A stretch of DNA of 64,000 bases. Origin: Octopus sinensis (lineage: Eukaryota). Location of the stretch: NCBI RefSeq assembly GCF_006345805.1, contig NC_042999.1, positions 135,036,001 to 135,100,000 of the forward strand, given 5' to 3'. This document shows, one piece after another, positions 13,451 to 24,492 of the stretch. Positions within the stretch are counted from its first letter, which is position 1. Every line of letters begins with the position of its first letter. A program made the translations under genes and the position numbers. Below the pieces are notes generated by a model. The model searched no databases. It worked only from the letters and a program-made list of their open reading frames with translations, and had not been told where the DNA came from.

Positions 13451-13680
13451 TTTCTTGATTGCCCACAAGGGGCTAAACATAGAGGGGACAAACAAGGACA
13501 GACAAACGGATTAAGTCGATTATATCGACCCCAGTGCGTAACTGGTACTTAATTTATCGACCCCGAAAGGATGAAAGGCAAAGTCGACCTCGGCGGAATT
13601 TGAACTCAGAACGCAACGACAGACGCAATACTGCTAAGCATTTCACCCAGTGTGCTAACGTTTCTGCCAGCTCGCCGCCT
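13451..13680 (-). mobile_element. tRNA-derived SINE with a conserved central domain (Deu/Nin-like, recalled from memory)
   Basis: The minus strand reads ggcggcgagctggcagaaacgttagc...gagttcaaattcc (B box), then gcctttcatcctttcggggtcgataaattaagtaccag. Related copies lie at about 21727-21870 (-) and 33003-33210 (+). Confidence 0.8.
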
Positions 13681-13744
13681 TTTATATCATGCTTTGTATT
13701 TTGCGCTTTTTGATTTTTTTAATATTCCATTTCTTTTCTATCAG

Positions 13745-13800
13745 ACAAAAGAAGAAAATGAAGAGGCTGGCTAAAAAGAAAAAGGTGCAGGAAAATAAAT
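13745..13800 (+). CDS. PRKRIP1: PRKRIP1 exon 5 (QKKKMKRLAKKKKVQENK)
   Basis: ttctatcag acceptor, GTGAGC donor, 56 nt, phase 2 to 1. Continues the basic KRxKxRQK tract. Confidence 0.85.
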
Positions 13801-14873
13801 GTGAGCTTTTTTACACTATTGTTTACACTTTTTTCATACCATACATCTCTTTTAGTACTATTGCTGAATCAATCCTACCAATCACTCCATCAATACTACA
13901 GCTGTTATTGAGCAGACCTATGATCAAAGTCATGATGATCCTGTTTTTTTTTTATATTTAGCCTGAGTATGTCCAGTAGTACACATGTGTTCCTTCATTT
14001 TGAAGATAGTGGGGGTGTGATTCAGAAGAAATTTGGCTGCTCTTATTAAATAGAATGACCACATAGAGGATTCCTACTTGACTTGTCCATATTAGGTAGG
14101 TTTTCCTCAATTTGAGTTCAGTTATGTCACTGACTCCACATCTGATAGTGTCCTTCTGTCATTTACTTTAAGTTTCTGTTTTACAACCTTATTTTATTGG
14201 AAACCAATTATGGTTTCCTGTACAGACACCTCACAGTGTCAATAAAGTAGAGTACCAGTCATCATTAAACCTCTTGTGTTTAGCTGATTCAATCTTGTTT
14301 CAGAAGTGACATGACATTGACAAGCCACAACAGTGAAATACATATCTGTCGCTCTCTTGGGATGATTTTGTTTCACGTAGCTATGAAGTGCATTGTGGTT
14401 TTTAACACAATAGGTTTATAAAGGGATTTTTCCTGGATGGAAAGCCACAGTTTCTGGCTTTTCGATAGCAAATGTATGTTTTGTGTGTTATATAGAATAA
14501 GATTTTTCTCTAAAGCTGCTTCTATTACATAATTTGAAGATATGTATGTATGTATCAACCTATATGTGTATATGCATACACACTTTACATGTATGTATAT
14601 ATGTTATATGCTTGAATATGTACATATTATGTTTAGATATGAAAGTAATTTATTTTTTGTAATAAAAATGCTCATAACATTCTGTAACATTTACAATATA
14701 CAACCTATTATTATTTTACCTCATTCATATCACCTTAAAATGCCAAGATACTCAATATCTCATAGTTTGATTCTGTAACCTTTTTCTTCTGTGTTTTTTT
14801 ATTGTTTAATTTTCTTGTCTACAATTAGCTGATGAATTGAACTTGATCTGAGATCAAATCATTTATTTTTCAG

Positions 14874-14968
14874 CCAAACAAGTTGGTTCTAATAAGGATA
14901 TTTCTGAAAATAAAGATACTTCTGATGAAGATGACAGCGATCCTGACAACAGCTCTGAAGAAGATTAG
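14874..14968 (+). CDS. PRKRIP1: PRKRIP1 exon 6 (acidic tail ...DTSDEDDSDPDNSSEED*)
   Basis: ttttcag acceptor, phase 1 compatible, TAG at 14966-14968. Total CDS is 501 nt. Confidence 0.85.
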
Positions 14969-15002
14969 CACAATTAAGAATTCTCTAATTAGCCTGTAAA
15001 TG

Positions 15003-15379
15003 ATACTTTTGGTCATTTTCTTTTGTGGTTCCTTGTCGTTCTGCTTGGTTGGCTTCCCTGTGGTGTTCCACAAAAAAACAACCAGGAACAACAAAATTTT
15101 TAAAAAAACTTTAGTTATCTTCCACCCAGGTTCCAAAACCACAACTCCAAATCACCATACAAACACTAGTTGCCAACATCACCTACCTCTAGTCCAATGA
15201 AATTTTGCCAACACCAGTTGCTGACGTCACCTAACTCCAGACCAATCAAAACCGAACTTCAGTAAATACAACGAAATGGCCCTTTATGAAAACCAACCAA
15301 CTGGAACGATTGATGACCGTCTCCACGGGGAAGCCAACAAAGCAGAACGACAAGCTTGACCACCGGAAAATGTCAGTAT
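15003..15379. repeat. Imperfect inverted repeat of about 55 bp (15003-15063 / 15323-15379), MITE-like, just after the PRKRIP1 stop
   Basis: cttgtcgttctgcttggttggcttccctgtgg versus ccacggggaagccaacaaagcagaacgacaag. Confidence 0.75.
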
Positions 15380-15616
15380 TTTAATGAATCAAAAATCAGA
15401 TCCGCTCATGGAAAAAATTATAAATACATCTGATCCCAAAACATACCACAACAAGCAAAAGCATCTTCAGAAAGATGATCAGAGAAACTGTAAACCAAAT
15501 TCTTTTCTTTTTACTATTTTCATTTCTCCCTTGTGTTTTTCCCTCTTAACTCAGTATGACTTGTCGATCACCACTAACATTAATGAACTTTATACATTCA
15601 AACAAATTGATATACA

Positions 15617-16171
15617 TTATTTACATTTGACAGATATTTGTCCTCATCTTGTTTGTTATTAACACGTCCAGCCTTCATCAGGTGTCTTGAGGAAATTTTG
15701 AACCTGGGTTCTCATTCCTAAGGTATTTTTCAATGTTATTATTATTATTATTATTATTACTCAGGTCATTGCTTGGAATCAAACTCGGAATCTTGGGGTT
15801 AGTAGCCCACACTCTTAACCACTATGCCATATGCCTGTGGGCAATTACAGAATGCATTTTAGAGTTTATAAATCTAATAGTTTCCTATCTTTTATAAGCC
15901 CTAAAATTCACTCCATAATTGCCCACGGGCATATAGCATAGTGGTTAAAAGCACGGGCTACTAACCCCAAGATTCCGAGTTCGATTCCAGGCAGTGACCT
16001 GAATAATAATAATAATAACATCGAAAAATACCTTAGGAATGAGAATCCAGGTTCGAAATTTCCTCAAGGCTAGAAGCTATATCAGCTGAAACGTGTTAAC
16101 AACAAACAAGATGAGGACAAATATCCGTCAAATGTAAATAATGTAAATAATTCCTCATCTCTGAAATTTAG
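15617..16171. mobile_element. Fold-back dimer of a tRNA-headed element carrying hammerhead-ribozyme remnants
   Basis: Arms about 15613-15847 and 15916-16145 are reverse complements. Each has A/B boxes (right arm TAGCATAGTGG 15934-15944, GAGTTCGATTCC 15977-15988). A 13-bp direct repeat AAATTGATATACA flanks the unit at 15604-15616 and 16172-16184. Confidence 0.85.
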
Positions 16172-19100
16172 AAATTGATATACAGTTTTAATATTATTGG
16201 CTGCTATGAACATTCAAAATTGCACCTGTTCTCCTAATTCATTGAAACTTTTAAAGATGTTTTTCTTTAAACTTTTACCATTGATAGCCAAAAAGTATTG
16301 TTGAAACTAGTTAGGTATATATGTAAATAAATATTTTAAACAATTGAGTTTTTGAAATTTAGGTGCATTTTCAACAACACATTTCCCTGTATTTTTTCCT
16401 GAGTGGAAACAGCCCCCCCCCCCCCTCTTGTTTTTTATATATGTACACAGATGCGTAGAACACTTTGATTCCTATTTATTTCCAACACACGTGTTTGTGT
16501 CTGTATGTATATATATATATATTATATATTCCTATACATATATATACATACACATAATTTGCACCTACCTGGTACTTTCAGTTGACCAATTTTGCCATAT
16601 TTTTTTCTTGTCCTTGAAAATTTCCATTTCATTTGGCATTTGTGTACAACACATGCACATTTCTTACTCATTCTCTTTCTCTCCTTGTTTTTGCATTGTT
16701 GTATATAACAATCATTGTTAGTTCTCAGCTACATAAATCTCATTCTGCTTCCATATTTATTTCTATGTTGTCTTGCATCTCCAGAAAAAAATATATGGCA
16801 AAATTGGCTTCTGACATATTTCCGAACTGATTGAATCTGAATGAATCTAATTTGCCCAATTTTTATCAATACAATGCTTATTGATTTTGATATAATATTT
16901 TGTAAGTGAAAAAATTGGAATTTTTCTCCTGTTTAAACCATTTCATTCCTATTTTTGTTATAAAATTCAAACTATCTTTTTTAATGGCTTGTCTTATTTT
17001 TCTCATATTTCTGCTTGCTTTTGACTATGAATTGCATTATATTTTACTTTCTTATTTCTAACTTTTCTCTCTCTTTTTGAGAGAAAAGGAAGAAGTTATG
17101 CCAGCATGGAAGGCAGACATTAAATGATAATGATGATATATATATATTTATACACACACACACACTTTATTTGTAAGTCTACAAGGGAACCAATGGTTTC
17201 CATTTGGTTTGTTAGTTATGATTAGTCCATGTTATTCCAAAAGAGCCATAGGGCCTGTTTCCCAGTTTCTCTGGCATATGTATTCCTCCCTAGATGGAAA
17301 GCTGGTCCTTCATAAGATTACTCATTTTTACCAGCTGAGCAGACTGAAGCAACGTGAAATGGCGTGCTTTGGTTCAGAATGCAAAGTATTGCTTGGTTCA
17401 GGAACTGAAACCACTATCTTAAAATCATGAGTCCAATAACCAAACCATTAAGCCATGCACCTCCATATAGTATACTTGAACAATTGTGAAGATTTCTCAC
17501 ATGAAACTATTGGTTGCCTTGTTAACCCACAAATAAAAAATATATATCCACCAATGCAGTATTGAGCACTCACTGTTCAAATTAGCGTGCATATGTGTGT
17601 GTAAATGTTGAACAATGAAAATGAATGCTCAACATCACATTAGTGGATAATATTTCTTTATTTGTGTATTAAGACTACCATTGGTTTCATGTTAAGAAAA
17701 TATCTAAAAACATTTTTCAAGCCAAACACATGGAGGAATGGTGTTTGTCTCCATTTTGGATTAAAACATGAAAAATCACAGGAATTTGCAATAAAGTCTC
17801 ACAAGGACTTTTGGCAAACAGAACAAGAAATCAAGTTGGGTGACTCTTGGGTAACACCTTTTGAATGATTCTCTCCCTTATATTTGACTTGTGAAAAAAA
17901 ATTTGTGTTGAATCATAAGTTTGTTTAGATTATGTTATATCCTAGGTATGCAAGACTTTGTCATGAATTTCCATGAGTTTTAATCCAAAATAGAGATGAA
18001 CATTGTTCCTCCATGTGATCGATTTGAAGAATTGTTGGGATATTAAGAGAAGTTAACATGCCATCAAGGAAAAGGATGGACTTATTGTTTGAAGAAAAGT
18101 GGACATGTTCCTGCTTAAGTAGGTGTCATCAGCACAACAATTGTCCTACCCTATCTGCAGTAGCCAAGGAACATAGACATATACAAAAAGAGTAGAACAC
18201 ATTTATTGCCTGGATAATTTGTGTAAATTAAACAGAGAAATAACTGACATTGGCCAGTGGCATGTCAAGAATTTATGTTGTATAGTATTTGATATACCTG
18301 TATTTGTTAGTGTTGTGTGTCTATGTTTGTGTTTACACTGGTTTAAATAAGACCAGTGTTGTTTATGCTTTATGCTGAACTTAGTAACTTAACTCATAAG
18401 AATGTATAAAAAAGTACCTGTCTGAAATAAGTCCTGGAGTCAATATGGTTGATTAAACTTTTGAAAGCAGTACCATGGATGGCTACAGTCTTGTGACCAA
18501 ACCCAGTAAAAGAAGTTAAAGCATGTCAGAATACGGAAGAAAAAAGTGTTGCCTTAGGAAGTTATAACTAGGATGCGTTTCAAAGACATCCCGCCATATA
18601 AACTATGTCAAAGCCGACACTGGAGCTTCATGTAGCCTTGCAGCACACCAGATCCTGTCAGCCATCCAGCCCATACCAGCATGGAAAGTAAACATTGAAT
18701 TTTGATGATGATGATTATGTAATATATATTTAAAATGTGATAAGAATGGAAAGTAATTCTCAACATTAAAAGATATAGTACGCAATTTTTCAATGACTAG
18801 GGTAACAAAATGTTGCTGAACATTCTAGATAGGCATTTTTGAGTGTCTGTATGTGTGTATAAAGAAAGCGAGAGAATGGTCCCAAAGTCCCTTTAGCATT
18901 AATATACACCAGCTAATAATTGAGATCAGTTGAGCTTTTTAATGTATGTTTTGTTTCCCCCTCCCTTTACTCTCTGGCTCTCCTTGCTCTTCCCATCTCC
19001 TTGTTATAGCTTTCACCTATCTCTCTAATCTCAGGTTACACATTTCAGGCTAGCTGATCTACTATTCCCTGCTATTCATACTGTTTGTTGTTCAGAAACT

Positions 19101-20243
19101 CAGGACAGTTGAACTTGGCATACATAGACAATTGAACCAAATTGCCCTTTTTGGGACAATGGATATTCTCTTTTCTTGTGATAAGGACAATTTTCTAAAA
19201 AAAAAACCATATCACTCTATCAGCCAGACTATTAGATGGTTGGTCACAATGCGAGGAAGCACATTATTATGCTTTTTGAATTATGCCACTCCAATGGGTA
19301 TGCAGGCGGCCAATATTTCCCCTGAACAGGAAGTCAGTTCATCACAAGGTTACCTATTTACAGCTGAGTGAACTGAATGTTTTGCTCAAGAACACAATGC
19401 ATTGCCATTCTGAGAATTGAAACCATGATCTTGTGATTGTGAGTGCAACACTAACATAAAACAATATAGTTATCAAAAGATATTCACAACAAAATAATAA
19501 ATAAATAGTGTTTAAAATGTGTACAAACAAACAACTGTAACAAGATGAAAAATTATTAATTACATGTATTGTCTTAGTGCTAAAGGGGTTTTTCAATCAC
19601 CTGTGTGTGTGTAAATAAATATAGATGTATGTGTACTTATGTGGAGTGTATGTCTATAAAATTTCTGAATTTCTTTTCAAAACTACTTTAAATATAGAAT
19701 TGGTGTATAAGAAAGTATAGTAAAATGCATCAAGAGATTTTGATTTGTTCTACTGCAAATGTTAATGTTTGAGACCACAACAACATTGCAGAGGTCTGGT
19801 GCTGTGCTGAGTCCTAGGAAAACCTACTTGACTTTGGGAACACTAGCCCAATACATTGTAAGCAGGTACCAAGGACTCATTGTAATTTACTGTTCTAAGT
19901 AGAAAGTGCATTATAAAACTAATTAGTGTTTTGTTAGCTTGCAGCATAGGTTAAAAATTTGTGTATTTAGCTTAATGGGGAATGTAAGTTTAATAAGCTG
20001 TCCAGTACAATATTGACACCTACTGCTTAGGTATTTTTATCAGTATTCAGACCAAACTCTAGTTAAGTGGTTATAAGTAGAAAGAGTATTCAGCTGTAAA
20101 GCTCCAACAAAACAAAAATGATTTTCTGTATGTGATAAAAAAAAAGTACCTTAATTTGTCTTCTTGTGTATTAAATGTCCAAGTTGAGTTGTTGTTTGCT
20201 AGACTATTAAACGCCACTTCAGAATGTGTTTACAATGTTTATG

Positions 20244-20293
20244 TCTACAAAATGTTTCAATTGGTTTGATCTTCGATTGTCATCAGGTGTCTT
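20244..20293 (-). ncRNA. Degenerate minimal type-I hammerhead-like motif (second family)
   Basis: The minus strand reads AAGACAC-CTGATGA-C-AATCG-AAGATCAAAC-CAATT-GAAA-CATT-TTGT. Both core boxes are intact; stems I and II have mismatches. Confidence 0.5.
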
Positions 20294-22499
20294 ATTCTCA
20301 ACTATACACAAGGTCCCAGACTGATTTAAACTTGGAAGCTTTATTTCTAAGCTAAGAGAAAGAAGGTATGTTCTCTTCTGCTAGGCCACTGAAGCATGTA
20401 CTTCTTGTTTACTTGTAGTCCTCATTCTCCTGAAGGTGTGTATGTGTACATACAGCACCGAACCAATTGTACAGCAGTCTTGTGACCAGCAGTGTCGTAG
20501 ATTTCTGGATGTTTTTGGTTTTTGGGAGACAGTCTAAATATATACATAAAATATTAAATATACTATGAAAAATAAAGAACTAAATTGTATTCCACAGATT
20601 CAAATCTAGATTTGAATTCTATGCTCTACTCTTCCAAAGCATAGTCTGTTTGATATTTTTTTTATTTGTACCAGAAAATTAAATGAAGGGAAGTAAAGAA
20701 CATTATTTTAACAGATACAGGTATGAATTAATATACTTCTAATGCAGAGTATATTTAATCTTTATTAATTCATTTAAAAAAGTGAAGAACAAAACTATTT
20801 TTAACACACTGTATGCAAATTAATCGATTTCTGAAAGTCTTTTTATTCAATACAGGGTACAATATATGCATGATATTGCACAGTAGTCTCAGATTTCTGG
20901 AAATCAAATAAGAGCTCTAGTACAGTATATATATATGTATATATAAAACTTACTGTTAATAAAAGCTGGGGTGTGTTTGCATTCCATTACTTAAATGAAG
21001 AAATGTATTGTAAATAAATAATGACTGAGTAAAAAAGGTACAACATATACTAAGTGTACAACCAGACAAAAGACAGACACAGAAAGTCCCTAATTATCAA
21101 CCAGATGGTATTACTCAGTTTTGCACCTTCAATGATAGGACAGAACTTCCCATGCTGGTGGTACCTGTGAAAGTTGCTGGGAATATATGGCCAAGAGCAA
21201 ACAAAACAATACTGAGTGGACATACAAAAGTGAATAAATGTAATTTAAGACAATGGACAAAAATAAAACAGGACCAAGAAGACAAGAATGGTGATTAATG
21301 CTTAGAAGACATCCTAAAGGATTAGAAAACAACAAATAGCAAGACAGTGGGACACAGAGAATTCAAGACTGGTCAACTATGCAACTGGTGTGAAAAAGAG
21401 AGAGAAAGAAGGGCTGGCTATGAGTCACATGTCAGCAGCAGACCAAGGAAAAAGAGGGCAAGAGAAAGCAACAAAGAAAACAAGGGAAGGGATGAAGGGG
21501 GAAAAGGAGAAAGGCTAGAAATAGAAGTAAGAGGGTGAAAGAGAGAGAAAAGGAAAGACTATACATAGAAGTATTCCAAGTTGGCTTGGGTTTGACAAGG
21601 GTCCAGTGAGTCGAGGACTGCATCATATTCTAGTGTCTGCTTTAGCATGGTTTCTGCAGGTGGATACCCTTCCTAATGCCAACTACTTTACAGTGATATA
21701 TATATATATGTATATATGCATATATATTTCTTTATTACCCACATGGGGCTAAACATAGAGGGGACAAACAAGGACAGACAAACGGATTAAGTCGATGACA
21801 TTGACCCCAGTTTGTAACTGGTACTTAATTTATCGACCCCGAAAGGATGAAAGGCAAAGTCGACCTCAGTCATAGTGTAATGTTTTATATATATATATAT
21901 AAAAAACATTCCAGTAAAATATTACAGATCTAAAAAACAAGATAATATCATTTGAAACTCAAGTATAAAAGAATTGCTGTGTTTACTCAGTCTTTCCAAG
22001 AAAGTCAACAAAACAGTAATTGGTATAATGAAATCTAATAAAAGAGTATATTTCTTAAAGGAGATGTGATTATACGCTGAAACATTTCTTAGGTTACATA
22101 ATTGAAGGTGGAAGGGAATATTGCTACAGTTAATAAAAAGTCTGAAGCAGTGTTATTCTGTAGTTATTTGTTAAATGGAAGTTTTCATTATAGATGCTGT
22201 TTTGTGAAATCCTCTAGAGATCTTTTCTCTGTCCATTACACATCACTAGAATTCTATTTTTGATACCTTTGCCTCATCTTTATTCTATCATTAATAATAA
22301 TTCTTTCTAATTTTGGCACAAGGCCAGCAATTTTAAGTGATGTAGAGATTAGTTGATTATCAAACTCAAAGGAATGGAATACAAAGTCAATCTCAGTGAT
22401 ATTTAAACTAAGACTGCAAAGAGCCAGAAGAAATGCTGCTCAGCATTTTGTCTGACTCTAATGATTCTGCCAGCTGACCAGCCAAAATGCTTAGTGGCA

Positions 22500-22893
22500 T
22501 AGGAGTGGTTGTGTGGTAAGTAGCTTGCTTACGAACTACATGGTTCCAGGTTCAGTCCCACTGCGTGGCACCTTGGGCAAGTGAATACTATAGCCTCGGG
22601 CCAACCAAAGCCTTGTGAGTGGATTTGGTAGACGGAAACTGAAAGAAGCCCGTCGTATGTATGTATATATATATATATGTGTGTGTGTGTGTCTCTCTGT
22701 TTGGTCCCCCCCCCCAACATCGCTTGACAACCGATGCTGGTGTGTTTACGACCCCATAACTTAGCGGTTCGGCAAACCAGACCGATAGAATAAGTACTAG
22801 GCTTACAAAGAATAAGTCCTAAGGTCGATGCGCTCGACTAAAGGCGGTGCTCCAGCATGACCACAGTCAAGTGACTGAAACAAGTAAAAGAGT
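22500..22893 (+). mobile_element. Full-length tRNA-derived SINE with an internal (TA)/(TG) microsatellite
   Basis: Head gtggttgtgtggtaagtagcttgc...ggttcagtccc, then ccttgggcaagtg (CORE-like, from memory) and a tail ending gactgaaacaagtaaaaga. Partial copies lie at 2700, 3225, 11285, 31590 and 39985. Confidence 0.8.
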
Positions 22894-23393
22894 GGCATTT
22901 CTTTAAGATGACTTTGTCTTTCATTCTTTTGAAGTTGGAAAATGAAATACCAGTTGAGCACAATTTCAAGCCTTGTGTCTATTCTAGAAAGAATGTTTTG
23001 GGTGGAATCGCAGAATCGTTCAACGCCGTACAAGATGCCTTGAAGTATTTGTTCCAACTTAGGTGGATTTTGTTTTACTATCCTTCCGGACAGTATTGGG
23101 GCTGATGTAATTGATCAACACCTCCCCTCCAAATTTCTACCTATGTAAGAAAATGTTGTTTTAGAAAGCCAGAGCGATATAACATCGAACTCAGTGCTTT
23201 ATGTTATTTAGTTTCTTCCCTGAGTTCAGATTCTATCACAAGGAAGGCCTTTGATTGTCTTGTCTCTATACAGATTAAATAAGTGACAATAATATAGTGG
23301 GGCGATAAAATAAATATAATGACTCAATTGACTGCGTCTCTTGTTAAAATTTAGTCTTCCGTACAAACAACAGAAATGACTAATTACTTTAAT

Positions 23394-23415
23394 AAAACTG
23401 TCAGCTGACAGTTTT
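23394..23415. promoter_or_regulatory. Perfect 22-bp palindrome AAAACTGTCAGCTGACAGTTTT about 200 bp upstream of the PLEKHM1-like start codon
   Basis: The palindrome is seen directly. It contains the E-box CAGCTG and two TGACA half-sites. A regulatory role is inferred from position only. Confidence 0.4.
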
Positions 23416-23613
23416 GAAATTGTGGTGCGCGTAATCCAAGAATAGCGGATTAGTAATATAGATTGTTCGGTTTAAAGAACTCGAATGCTGTATTGTTGAT
23501 ATTTTATTTTTTAACCTCCATCACAGAAGATGTCATGTGGCGTTTGGTCTGTGTGATCAGTTCTTTGGGAAGAAAAGCGAAATATTAAGAACACAGCAAC
23601 GCCACTTGTCAAC

Positions 23614-23632
23614 ATGAGTTTCTCAAACCATG
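23614..23632 (+). CDS. PLEKHM1: PLEKHM1-like gene, probable first coding exon (MSFSNH+G)
   Basis: ATG in aacATGa, canonical GTAAGT donor at 23633. Phase 1 joins in frame to 29260 (G+AC = Asp). Confidence 0.65.
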
Positions 23633-24455
23633 GTAAGTAGACTTCTTCTAAGGTATAAATATAAAAGAGAACATGTATTCACGTCGTGTGAAAGAAAGAA
23701 AGAAAACAAATGTATTGTAATACTATTAAATAATTTCTTTATGTACAGTTGTCTGAACTGAAGCAACAATTTACAATTAGTTATACATTAATACTAACTC
23801 ACACAGGCAGATAAATAGATAGATAGATAACATACACGCACTCAGTTATTGTATATGTGCGGAATTGATATTTTTGACATTGGTGTCAGTGACGCATTAT
23901 ATAAATGGTAATAATTAGTTGTGCTTGTCATGAATCGCGACAAGTTACAAAATATTCAACCGACTTTACATTGCTGTCCCCTCCTAATGTTTATATAGAA
24001 CACAACAATGCAGTACTGTTCTTATAAATGTTCTCTCCCTGCAGTTCTTCAGCCTTTGTATTGAGTTATATCTATTTGTATTTCTTACTGTTTGGGTATT
24101 ATCACATGTTTAAGAGATTCTTTATTACTTTTTCCGGTTTTATATACATATATTTTTAATGACAGATCAATCTTGTTTTCGGATTTTCGAACGTAGTTAC
24201 CGTCAAATTTGTATTTAGAGTATTGTCATTTTGAAATTTGGTTGATTCCAATTGTCATAGACACTTCTGTATTGTTTTGAGTTCCCTATTTTATCCGTTT
24301 GTCCATTTGTCGTTCTTTATAATTTATCTATTCTTTTCTCTGTTCCTGACAACTCACAAATCGTTCATGGCAGCTTTTCATCACGAACAGAAGTTAACAG
24401 TAATATTTTAAACACTTCTTATGTTGTTTTAACTATACACACTGCTGATAATTTT

Positions 24456-24492
<37 letters not shown>

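Noticed and set aside
15927-15999. tRNA gene (A/B boxes, CTACTAA anticodon-like loop)
   Set aside because: The acceptor and T stems pair poorly, and the sequence is embedded in a repeated element, so it is a SINE-type head rather than a tRNA.
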